Shown: one piece after another, positions 38,350 to 46,665 of the stretch
Position numbering within the stretch: position 1 is the first letter of the stretch
How the letters are laid out: each line of letters starts with the position of its first letter
NCBI GenBank assembly: GCA_044229975.1
Contig: JBGARZ010000005.1
Span: 1 to 64,000 of the forward strand
DNA from: Polyangiales bacterium
GTDB taxonomy: Bacteria > Myxococcota_A > Polyangia > Polyangiales > Ga0077539
Length of the DNA stretch: 64,000 nt
Reading direction: 5' to 3'
Translations under genes and position numbers: made by a program
The notes under the pieces: model-generated
What the model saw: only the letters and a program-made list of their open reading frames with translations
Databases searched by the model: none
What the model was told of the DNA's origin: nothing

Positions 38350-40513
38350 GCTCCGCCCGCAGCGCGTCGAGCTCGTCGCGGGTCAGCGCGTCGTCGCCGA
38401 AGCGCGCGGCCGCGTAGCGCTCGGACACTCGCGTCACCAGCGGCGCGAGGGGGTCTCCCCGGCGCGTGAGCTCGCGCGCCCACGCCTGCGGCGAGCGGTT
38501 GCCCGGCCGCGGAACACCCCGCTCCGTCAGCAACGCGTCGAGGGCCCGCGCGAGGTCTTGCGCCGCCCGCACCGACTGCTTGACCGGCAGCCGCGCGCCG
38601 CCGGTCGCGATGCGTCGCCACGCGACGAGCTGCCACGCCACCGCGCCCAGCGTGAGCGCGAAGAGACCGAAGCCCGCCACCCGACGCCACGGAATCGAGG
38701 GCCCCGCCGCCTGCACCACGGCGTGGCCGCGCTGGATGATGCGACCCGACACCCGGTCGTGGCGGCGGCGCTGCTCGACGAAGCGCCACACGCGCTTGGC
38801 GATCTCCGCCTGCATCCCGAGGTCGAAGTCGACCACGTAGAAGCGCCAGCGCATGCGGATGGCCTCGACCGCGGCGTCGGCCTCGGCGAAGAGACCCGTG
38901 CGCAAGAGCGGCAGCTCGCCCGCCGGGGGCGTCGGGTCGAAGGTGACCCAGCCCTCGGTCTCGTCCCACACCTCGACCCAACTGTGCGCGTCGCCCTGTC
39001 GGACGGCGTAGAAGCGGCCGTAGCGGTTGAAGGTACCGCCGAGGAAGCCCGTGACGTTGCGCGTGGGGATGCCGACGGTGCGGAGCATCACGGCCATCGC
39101 CGTCGAGAAGTACTCGCAGTGCCCCGCGTGCGTGCGGAAGAGGAAGTCCTCCAGCGGTTGATCGGCGCGGCCGCTCTCCAGCTCCAGGGTGTAGCGCCAG
39201 CGCGAGAGGTGGCGCTCGATCGCACGGGCCTTGCCGAGGCGGGTCGTCTCGCCGCGGGTGATCTGCTCGGTGAGCTGCTGCACTCGCGGGGACATCCCCT
39301 GAGGGATCTGCACATAACGGCTCGACGCCCCGTCGCGCTGCTCCTCGGCTCGCAGCGCGCGACGCCCCACGCGCTGACGCCCCGAGAGGTACGCCGTGTA
39401 CACGAGCCCGATGCCGTCGTTGCTCGTGTAACGAACGCCCTCGTCGTGGTCGACGGTGAGCTCCGTGAAGCGGGGGAAGCCGCCCTCGAAGCGCGGGTCG
39501 ATGCGAAACCCGACGGCCCCTTCGAGCACCGGGACCACCGGCGGTTCGAGCGGGTCGAGCACGATGCGGACAGGGATGTCGTTGGCGAGGTCGGGCTCGC
39601 GCCGGAGGGTGTAGAGCGGTCCCGCGCGCTCCATGCGCTGGCGGTCGTTGGCGTCGGTGCGCCGCGACCACTGGCGGCCGTTGTACGTGTCGAAGGTCGT
39701 CCCACGCAGGCGAAACACCCGCACCGCGGGCGGGTCTTCGGGCATGTCGGGCGGCTGCACCCGCAGCACGATGGTCTGGTCGCTGCGGATGGTTCCGTGG
39801 CCGCTCAGGTCGACGCTGTTGCCGAAGCCGGCCATGACGGTGTCGGAGCGCGAGCGCACCGTCAGGATGCCGAGCCCGATGCGCGGGAAGAGCACGAAGA
39901 TCACCGCGGTCAGCATGAAGATCGGCACCGCGAGCACCGATGATCCCGCGAGCAGGCCGACGCCCACCACGCGGCGCGACCGCAGGATGCGCGCGACGTC
40001 GATGGGAACGCCCGCCCGCCCCGCACGCGCGTCGGCGAGGTAGTTGCCCTCGATCTCGCGGCGCAGGTGACCGAGCGTCATGGCCCACGGCGTGGCGATG
40101 ACGAAGCCGACGAAGCAGAGCGCGTAGGAGAGGCCGCCGCCGAGCACCGTCGCCGCGATGAGCTGGAGGATCGCGAGCAGGGTGATCTGCTGGTAGTCGC
40201 GCGCCGTGCGGCGGTTGGCGAGGCGGTTGACCTGGAGCAGCGCCGCGAACTCCACGATGGTGAGCAGCGCCTCGGCCCCGAAGAACACCGCGCGCGCCGT
40301 CTGGGCGGCGAGGGCGACGACGAGGGCGATGTTCCAGGCGCGGGCGTAGCGCTCGGAGTGGAGGAGGTCGCCCTCCACCCACCAGCTCGCGGCGACGCCG
40401 ACGGCGGTGAGCCCGACGCTGAGCACGGGCATCTCGCCGCCCGCCCCGAGTGCCACGAGCCCGAGCCCCGCCAGCGTAAACACCGCGAACTTGTGGACCT
40501 GCGAGAACCTCAC
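38318..40513 (-). CDS. tgpA: TgpA-like membrane transglutaminase (DUF3488 + TGase + DUF4129)
   Basis: N-terminal TM bundle; GHCEYF, GIPTRNVTGF, AHSWVEV, FDPTP and YAAARFG. Confidence 0.9.
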   Translation of the reverse strand: MRFSQVHKFAVFTLAGLGLVALGAGGEMPVLSVGLTAVGVAASWWVEGDLLHSERYARAWNIALVVALAAQTARAVFFGAEALLTIVEFAALLQVNRLANRRTARDYQQITLLAILQLIAATVLGGGLSYALCFVGFVIATPWAMTLGHLRREIEGNYLADARAGRAGVPIDVARILRSRRVVGVGLLAGSSVLAVPIFMLTAVIFVLFPRIGLGILTVRSRSDTVMAGFGNSVDLSGHGTIRSDQTIVLRVQPPDMPEDPPAVRVFRLRGTTFDTYNGRQWSRRTDANDRQRMERAGPLYTLRREPDLANDIPVRIVLDPLEPPVVPVLEGAVGFRIDPRFEGGFPRFTELTVDHDEGVRYTSNDGIGLVYTAYLSGRQRVGRRALRAEEQRDGASSRYVQIPQGMSPRVQQLTEQITRGETTRLGKARAIERHLSRWRYTLELESGRADQPLEDFLFRTHAGHCEYFSTAMAVMLRTVGIPTRNVTGFLGGTFNRYGRFYAVRQGDAHSWVEVWDETEGWVTFDPTPPAGELPLLRTGLFAEADAAVEAIRMRWRFYVVDFDLGMQAEIAKRVWRFVEQRRRHDRVSGRIIQRGHAVVQAAGPSIPWRRVAGFGLFALTLGAVAWQLVAWRRIATGGARLPVKQSVRAAQDLARALDALLTERGVPRPGNRSPQAWARELTRRGDPLAPLVTRVSERYAAARFGDDALTRDELDALRAELKSAEPRPSA

Positions 40514-41598
40514 GGCGCCTTCGACCTCCGCTTGCCCGCAGCCTCTGGCTCGTCGGGCGCCACCGGCACCGGCGGCAGCCGCGCGAGAAACGACAGCACC
40601 CTGTCCGCCGCCGTCGACGACGGCCGCGCCTGCATCGTCGCCGTCCCCTCGGCGGGCGCCACCTGCGCCACGAGGTGCACCGACGAGCCCAGCTTCAGCG
40701 CGTCGAGCGCGGCGCCCGCGGCCCGCCGGATCTCGTCCTCCACCCGCAGCGCCGACACGCGGCGCCCGGTCTCGTCGGCGCCGTCGCTGTCGCTCAGTCG
40801 GTTGGCCACCTCGATGCGTACCGCGCGCGCCCCGTCGCGTCGCCGCTCGCGCGCCACCAGCTTGCCCATGGAGGCAGTCTTGGCCCAGTGGATGTCGCGC
40901 ACCGGGTCACCGTCCGCCAGCTCGCGCACGCCGTCGACCTCGCCGTGCCCGCGCTCTTCGCGCGACACCTGCTCACCCACCACGACCATCGGCGCCCGCT
41001 CGGCGCGCGACCGGAGGGGCGACGGGTACACGAGCTGATCTTCGGGCATGACGACCTCGCGCCACTTCTCGAAGAGCCCGAAGGGGAAGCGCGTCGCGAC
41101 GCGGAGGGCGAGGTACTTCTCGGTTCCGCGGGTGGGGGCGACGCGACGGTAGGCTGCCGTCTGCCGCGCGCCGGCGCTCACCTTGAGGAAGTAGCAGCGC
41201 TTGTCGGTGCGGCGGTTTTCCAGCCGGTCTTCGACCTCGATGGAGTAGCTGGGCGCGTACTTCTTGCGGTTGTGCACCTCGATCTCGACCAGCGCAGGCG
41301 CCCCCGCATAGGCCCGTCGGGGAAGTCGTCGGCGGAACTCCAGGCCGCGCAGCGCGATCTCCGACAGCACGCCGCTCAGGATCACCAGCGACAGGAGAAG
41401 ACCCAGCACGAGGTAGAGCAGGTTGTTGCCGGTGTTGACCGCCGCGACCCCGACGCCAAACGTGATGCCGATGAAGACCTTGCCCTCGCGGGTGAAGCGG
41501 AGGCGGCGGGGCGGTCGAGCGACGTTCCAGGCGAGGCTACGGAAGGCAGCGACCACCCGCCTCGGAAACCGCCGCCACGCTGCGCCTGCGCTCGCCAT
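40510..41598 (-). CDS. DUF58 domain protein
   Basis: AAVNTGNNLLYL, TRFPFGLF and GDPVRDIHWAKTA; overlaps the tgpA start. Confidence 0.9.
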   Translation of the reverse strand: MASAGAAWRRFPRRVVAAFRSLAWNVARPPRRLRFTREGKVFIGITFGVGVAAVNTGNNLLYLVLGLLLSLVILSGVLSEIALRGLEFRRRLPRRAYAGAPALVEIEVHNRKKYAPSYSIEVEDRLENRRTDKRCYFLKVSAGARQTAAYRRVAPTRGTEKYLALRVATRFPFGLFEKWREVVMPEDQLVYPSPLRSRAERAPMVVVGEQVSREERGHGEVDGVRELADGDPVRDIHWAKTASMGKLVARERRRDGARAVRIEVANRLSDSDGADETGRRVSALRVEDEIRRAAGAALDALKLGSSVHLVAQVAPAEGTATMQARPSSTAADRVLSFLARLPPVPVAPDEPEAAGKRRSKAP

Positions 41599-41648
41599 CA
41601 ACGACCGCGCCGAGAGTACCACCGCGGGCGAAGCGATATGATCCGCCG

Positions 41649-42389
41649 ATGAACTCCGTGCTGATTCTCGGCGCCACCTCTGCCATCGCCGCCGAGGCCG
41701 CCGTCCTCTACGCCCGCCGGGGCGACCGCTTGCACCTGGTCGGCCGCAACCCCGCCAAGCTCGCCGACGTCGCCCGCCGCTGCGAGGGGACCACCGTCAC
41801 CACGGCCGTCGCCGACTTCGCCGCGCTCGACGCCAACGAGGGGGTCGTCCGCGACGCCGTCTCCACCCTGGGTCGCCTCGACCGGGTGCTCATCGCGCAC
41901 GGCGACCTCGGCGATCAGCTCGCGAGCGAGCGCAGCTTCGACGACGCCGAGGCCATCCTGCGGGCCAACTTCACCAGCGCGGTGTCGCTGTTGGTTCCGA
42001 TTGCGAATGTGCTGGAGGGGCAACGGAGCGGGCGGTTGGGGGTCATCACGTCGGTCGCGGGCGACCGGGGGCGGCCGCGCAACTACACGTACGGGGCGGC
42101 CAAGGGGGCGCTGTCGATCTACCTCCAGGGGCTACGGACGCGGCTGTACCCGACGGGGGTCACGGTCACGACGCTGAAGCTCGGGCCGGTGGACTCGCCG
42201 ATGACGCGCGACCACGCGAAGCACCCGCTCTTCGGCAAGCCCGCGGCGGTGGCGCGGGGCATCGTCGCGGCCGTCGATCGTGGGGCGGCGGAGGCGTATG
42301 TGCCGGCGTTCTGGGGGGCGATCATGCCGCTGGTGAAGGCGACGCCGGAGCGGGTGTTTCAGTGGCTGCCGTTCTTGTCGGGGCGGTGA
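41649..42389 (+). CDS. Short-chain dehydrogenase (DprE2-like)
   Basis: ILGATSAIA; SVAGDRGRPRNYTYGAAK. Confidence 0.88.
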   Translation: MNSVLILGATSAIAAEAAVLYARRGDRLHLVGRNPAKLADVARRCEGTTVTTAVADFAALDANEGVVRDAVSTLGRLDRVLIAHGDLGDQLASERSFDDAEAILRANFTSAVSLLVPIANVLEGQRSGRLGVITSVAGDRGRPRNYTYGAAKGALSIYLQGLRTRLYPTGVTVTTLKLGPVDSPMTRDHAKHPLFGKPAAVARGIVAAVDRGAAEAYVPAFWGAIMPLVKATPERVFQWLPFLSGR

Positions 42390-42450
42390 GTCGGAGGCCG
42401 AGCACCGAGAGACCTTGAGGCGGGGGTGGCGCTCATCTGCCGCGAGGGCG

Positions 42451-42622
42451 CCCCGGGACATCCCGGCGCGGGTACTCGTCCGACACGAACCCGCCCCGGG
42501 ACATCCCGGCGCGGGTACTCGTCCAACACGAACCCGCCCCGGAACGTCCCGGCGCGGGTACTCGTCCAACACGAACCCGCCCCGGAACGTCCCGGCGCGG
42601 GTACTCGCCCGACACACGGCAG
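42451..42622. repeat. Non-coding 43-bp tandem repeat array (4 copies)
   Basis: Unit CCCCGG(G/A)AC(A/G)TCCCGGCGCGGGTACTCGTCC(G/A)ACACGAACCCG at 42451, 42494, 42537 and 42580; last copy degenerate. Confidence 0.92.
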
Positions 42623-42753
42623 CCCCAGGACACCGTTTCTCGCCCTCGTGTCGAATTCGTCCTCGATCCCGCAACTCCGCCCGGTGGTCGTTCCGAAGAG
42701 AGCGCGTTCCAGGCACTGCGCATGGTGCGCCCCGCCCGGAACGGAGTTCTTCC

Positions 42754-43470
42754 ATGGATCAGTACATCGACAACAACGAGACCCAGACCTACGGCGACCG
42801 CTTCACCAGCAACCTCCGACTGATCTTCGGGGCCGACGCCCCGGAAGCCGTCCGCACCATCATGGTATGGTGCGCCGACCGGGTCGCCACCTCCACCCTC
42901 GCGATGCGCACCGCGATGGCCTCCAGCCGTGGGGCCCTCTCCGCGCGTAGCCACACCTCGGAGGAGAAGCTCGCCGCGGTCGTCACGGCGCGCCACGAGC
43001 TGCGATCCTTCGCGCTCCACCTCGCCGCATCCAGGTCCGACCAGCGCAACCCCTGGAACGGCGATCCCAACCTCTTCTTCCCTGGCGGCCGCTCCAGCAT
43101 CGGCGAGGGCGCTCGCAACGTGCGCGACGCCACCGCCATCGCCCGCAACGCCCTCGAAGGCGACCCCACGGTCCCTGCTCGCGCCGCGTGGTCCGATCGC
43201 CTCGACGCGCAGGTGGCGGCGCTCGACCCGTTGGTCGCTCGCGGCGACGAGGCGGAGCGCGCGGGCCGCACCACCCTCTCCGAACAGTCGTCGGAGAAGC
43301 GCGCGTGGCTCCGCACCTACCGCGGCGCGGCCCTCGTGCTGGAGGGATTGCTCCTCATGGTCGGTCGCGAGTCCGAGTACACCGCCGCGGTCCCCCACCT
43401 CACCGCGCCCAACACCCGCAAGCGGCGCGACGGCGTGCCCAACGCCCCCATCCCGACGCCCGTCGGCTGA
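42754..43470 (+). CDS. Hypothetical, apparently helical cytoplasmic protein (238 aa) downstream of the repeat array
   Basis: GGAG RBS 7 nt before ATG; GC3-biased codons; no recognisable family. Confidence 0.75.
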   Translation: MDQYIDNNETQTYGDRFTSNLRLIFGADAPEAVRTIMVWCADRVATSTLAMRTAMASSRGALSARSHTSEEKLAAVVTARHELRSFALHLAASRSDQRNPWNGDPNLFFPGGRSSIGEGARNVRDATAIARNALEGDPTVPARAAWSDRLDAQVAALDPLVARGDEAERAGRTTLSEQSSEKRAWLRTYRGAALVLEGLLLMVGRESEYTAAVPHLTAPNTRKRRDGVPNAPIPTPVG

Positions 43471-43697
43471 TCGCTCCGTCCCCTCCGCGCGCTGCTGATC
43501 TCACGCGGCGCGCGGGTTGACCCTCCCCTCCCCCGCAGCGCTACGGTCCGTGCCCACGAAGACTGGCAGCCTCACGGTCGCTCCCCCTCGCTCACGCTCT
43601 GGGTCTGGCTCCGCGTTCTGGGACGTCGCGGTCGAACCGCGCGCGGACCAGACCCGACCGTCCCCCGCTCTAAGGTCGCGGGCGCGACGTGTGAACG

Positions 43698-44576
43698 TCA
43701 CCCATGGGGCTGCGCCGCCATGAGCCGCGCGATGCGCTCCTCCAGTGGAGGGTGCGACGCGAAGAGCCTGGCGATGTTGCCGCCGCGGATACCAAACGCC
43801 GTCATGCTCTCCGGGAGCTGCGTCTGCTCACCCGCGCGCCGCAGCGAATCGAGCGCGCCCGCCATGTCGCGGGGACTGGTGAGCGACGCCCCGCCCGCGT
43901 CGGCGCGAAACTCCCGGTAGCGGCTGAACCACGCGACGATGAGCGACGCGCCAAGCCCCAGCACGATCTGCGCGATGGTCACCGTGATGACGTACCCGAT
44001 GCCGCCGCGCGAGCGCTCGCGGTCGCCGCCCGAGAGGGCCGTGTCGACGACGGTTCCGATGACGCGCGAGAAGAAGATCACGAAGGTGTTGAGCACGCCC
44101 TGCACCAGCGTGAGGGTGACCATGTCCCCATTGGCGACGTGGGCCACCTCGTGGCCGAGCACCGCCGACACCTGCTCGGGGCGCATCGCGTTGAGCAGCC
44201 CCGTGCTCACGGCGACGAGGGCGCTGTTGCGGCTCCACCCGGTGGCGAAGGCGTTGGGGTCGGCCGAGTCGTAGATGCCCACCTCGGGCATCCCGATGCC
44301 CGCGCGGCTGGCGTGCGCCTGCACCGTCTGGACGAGCCACGCCTCGGACTGCGAGCGCGGCGCCTCGATGACGTGCACGCCCATCGACCACTTCGCGATG
44401 ATCTTGGAGAGCAGCAGCGACACGAAGGAGCCGCCGAAGCCGAAGACCGTCGCCATCACGAAGAGCCCGGCCCACTGCCCCTCCGGCAACACGCCCGCGA
44501 TCTCCAGGCCGAGGAACACCACACCCAGCAACAGCGAGACGGCGAGGTTGGTCGCGATGAGGATCAGAAGTCTCAT
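43698..44576 (-). CDS. htpX: Zinc metalloprotease HtpX (M48)
   Basis: PNAFATG, HEVAH..NGDMVT, FSRYREFRAD and SHPPLEERI. Confidence 0.95.
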   Translation of the reverse strand: MRLLILIATNLAVSLLLGVVFLGLEIAGVLPEGQWAGLFVMATVFGFGGSFVSLLLSKIIAKWSMGVHVIEAPRSQSEAWLVQTVQAHASRAGIGMPEVGIYDSADPNAFATGWSRNSALVAVSTGLLNAMRPEQVSAVLGHEVAHVANGDMVTLTLVQGVLNTFVIFFSRVIGTVVDTALSGGDRERSRGGIGYVITVTIAQIVLGLGASLIVAWFSRYREFRADAGGASLTSPRDMAGALDSLRRAGEQTQLPESMTAFGIRGGNIARLFASHPPLEERIARLMAAQPHG

Positions 44577-44651
44577 GGTGGTTGTGCCGAGCGTGGCGAG
44601 GCCACGCCGATGAGTCAACCATCCGCTCCATCACGGGTATCCTCCCGCTCC

Positions 44652-46655
44652 ATGCGCCGCGCCCTGCTCCTCGCCCCGCTCGTCCTCGCCGCCTGCGACA
44701 CACCCGACGAGGCGACGCCGCCGGGCGTCGAGGGTCCGACCGTTCGCATGGACTTCACCCGCCAGGATGGATTCTTCCGCGCGCCCTTCCCGAGCGAAGA
44801 CCTCCGCACCACCACCGGCATCGACCTCTCGCGCTGGCCCAACCCCGCGCGCCAGCGGTACGTGCAGGCGCTCATCGACCTCGCCGCGGGCACCCGCGGG
44901 TTCGCCACCTCCGCGACCATCTACCTCCCGCTCTCCGACGAGCCCGACGCCGCCCAGCTCCCCTCCCCCGCGCAGAGCGTCCGCGGTGAGAGCCCCGTCT
45001 TCGTCTGGGACCTCGATCGCCACGAGCGCGCCCCCGTCACCGTCCGCTGGATGCCCGACGGCGGACCCTATGGCGCTGACAATCTCCTCACGCTCGTCCC
45101 GGTGCAGGGCATTCCGCTGCGCGCCAACACCCGCTACGCCGCCGTCGTCCTCCGCACGCTGCGCCTCGCCCGCGGCGGAACCTTCTCCACCGCCCGCGCC
45201 GTCACCGAGCTCGCCGCCGGTCGATCGGCCGGCCTCGCCGAGCTCCCCGCGACCGCCTACCGCTCCGCCCTCGCCGACCTCGCGCGCGCCAACCTCCACG
45301 CCGCCGACCTCGCCGGGCTCGCCGTCTTCCGCACCGGCGACCCCGTCACGGAGCTACGCACCTTCCTCGACGACGCCCGCGCCCGACCGCTCCCCACGCC
45401 GATGACGGCGCTCGCTCGCACCGACGTCTTCCCCACGTACTGCGTCTATCAGGCGACCATTCGTATGCCGTCGTACCAGCACGGCGTGCTCCCCTTCGGC
45501 TCGTCGGGTGGCGGATGGACCCTCGGGCCCGACGGTCGCCCGCTCTTCGCCCGCGACGAGGAGAGCCGCCTCGTCGTGAGCATCCCGCGTCGACGCGCCG
45601 CTGCGCCCGGAGCGCTGCCCGCCGTGCTCTTCGTTCGCACCGGCGGCGGCGGCGATCGACCCCACGTCGACCGCGGCATCCGCTCGATGCCCGGTGTGTC
45701 ACCCATGCAACCCGGGACGGGCCCCGCCATGGAGTTCGCCCGCGTCGGCTGGGCGGGTGTGTCGTGGGATGGGCCGCACGGCGGACCGCGCAACGTGTCC
45801 AACGGGGATGAGCAGTTCTTGATGTTCAATCCGGGCAATCCCCTCGCGCTGCGGGACAACGTCCGGCAGAGCGCCCTGGAGACCGCGCGCATGTACGACG
45901 TCGCGAGCGCGCTGCGCCTCGACGTGAGCGACTGCCCCGGCGCCTCCGCATCGGACGGCAGCACCACCGTGCAGATCAACCCGTCGGTGCTCATGGGCCA
46001 CTCCATGGGCGCCACCATCGCGCCGCTCGCGCTCGCCGTGGAGCCGCGGTTTCGCGCGGCGATCCTGTCGGGCGCGGGCGGGAGCTACATCGCCAACGTG
46101 ATCCACAAGCTGCGCCCGCTGGCCGTGGCGCCGCTGGGCATCGTGCTCGTCGGCTACTCCGGGTCGGGGCGACGCTTTCGCGAGGACGACCCGGCGCTCG
46201 CGCTGTTGCAGTGGTCGGTCGAGTCGTCCGACCCGCAGGTGTACGGGCGCCACATCATCGACGAACCGCTCTTGGGTGACCCGCGGAGCGTGTTCGTGAT
46301 CCAGGGCATCACGGACCACTACATCCTGCCGCCCATCGCCAACGCGGTGACGCTCTCCATGGGCCTCGACCTCGCGGGCGAAGCGCTCGACCAGAGCAAC
46401 GACGAGCTGCGGGCGTTTACGTCCTTCGTCGACCTGATGCCGCTGCGCAACGGGATGCGACGGATGTTTCCGGTGTCGGCCAACCGCAACGGGGTGCTCG
46501 CCGCGGTGGCGCAGCTCCCCGGCGACATGCTGGAAGACGGACACGAAGCGGCCTTCCAGACCGAGGAGCCCAAGCGGCTCTATCGGTGTCTGTTGCGGTC
46601 CATCGCGGGGGGTCGGCCCGAGCTGCCCGGGCCGGGAGTGGAGTGCGGGGAGTAG
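44652..46655 (+). CDS. Lipoprotein, Ig-like domain plus alpha/beta hydrolase
   Basis: Lipobox LAAC; PFPSED, RDNVRQ and GHSMG nucleophile; C-terminal GH. Confidence 0.8.
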   Translation: MRRALLLAPLVLAACDTPDEATPPGVEGPTVRMDFTRQDGFFRAPFPSEDLRTTTGIDLSRWPNPARQRYVQALIDLAAGTRGFATSATIYLPLSDEPDAAQLPSPAQSVRGESPVFVWDLDRHERAPVTVRWMPDGGPYGADNLLTLVPVQGIPLRANTRYAAVVLRTLRLARGGTFSTARAVTELAAGRSAGLAELPATAYRSALADLARANLHAADLAGLAVFRTGDPVTELRTFLDDARARPLPTPMTALARTDVFPTYCVYQATIRMPSYQHGVLPFGSSGGGWTLGPDGRPLFARDEESRLVVSIPRRRAAAPGALPAVLFVRTGGGGDRPHVDRGIRSMPGVSPMQPGTGPAMEFARVGWAGVSWDGPHGGPRNVSNGDEQFLMFNPGNPLALRDNVRQSALETARMYDVASALRLDVSDCPGASASDGSTTVQINPSVLMGHSMGATIAPLALAVEPRFRAAILSGAGGSYIANVIHKLRPLAVAPLGIVLVGYSGSGRRFREDDPALALLQWSVESSDPQVYGRHIIDEPLLGDPRSVFVIQGITDHYILPPIANAVTLSMGLDLAGEALDQSNDELRAFTSFVDLMPLRNGMRRMFPVSANRNGVLAAVAQLPGDMLEDGHEAAFQTEEPKRLYRCLLRSIAGGRPELPGPGVECGE

Positions 46656-46665
46656 GCGGGAGGAG

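Noticed and set aside
42451..42622. CRISPR or TIGR array (also considered for 20778-20951)
   Set aside because: Units are near-identical over their whole length with no unique spacers, and no cas or Nop-domain gene is present.
42415..42753. N-terminal extension of the 351-aa ORF through the array
   Set aside because: The 43-bp period is out of frame and yields low-complexity sequence; a good RBS and ATG lie at 42754.
43471..43697. 66-68 aa ORFs between the array-linked gene and htpX
   Set aside because: No RBS, motif or codon bias supports them.
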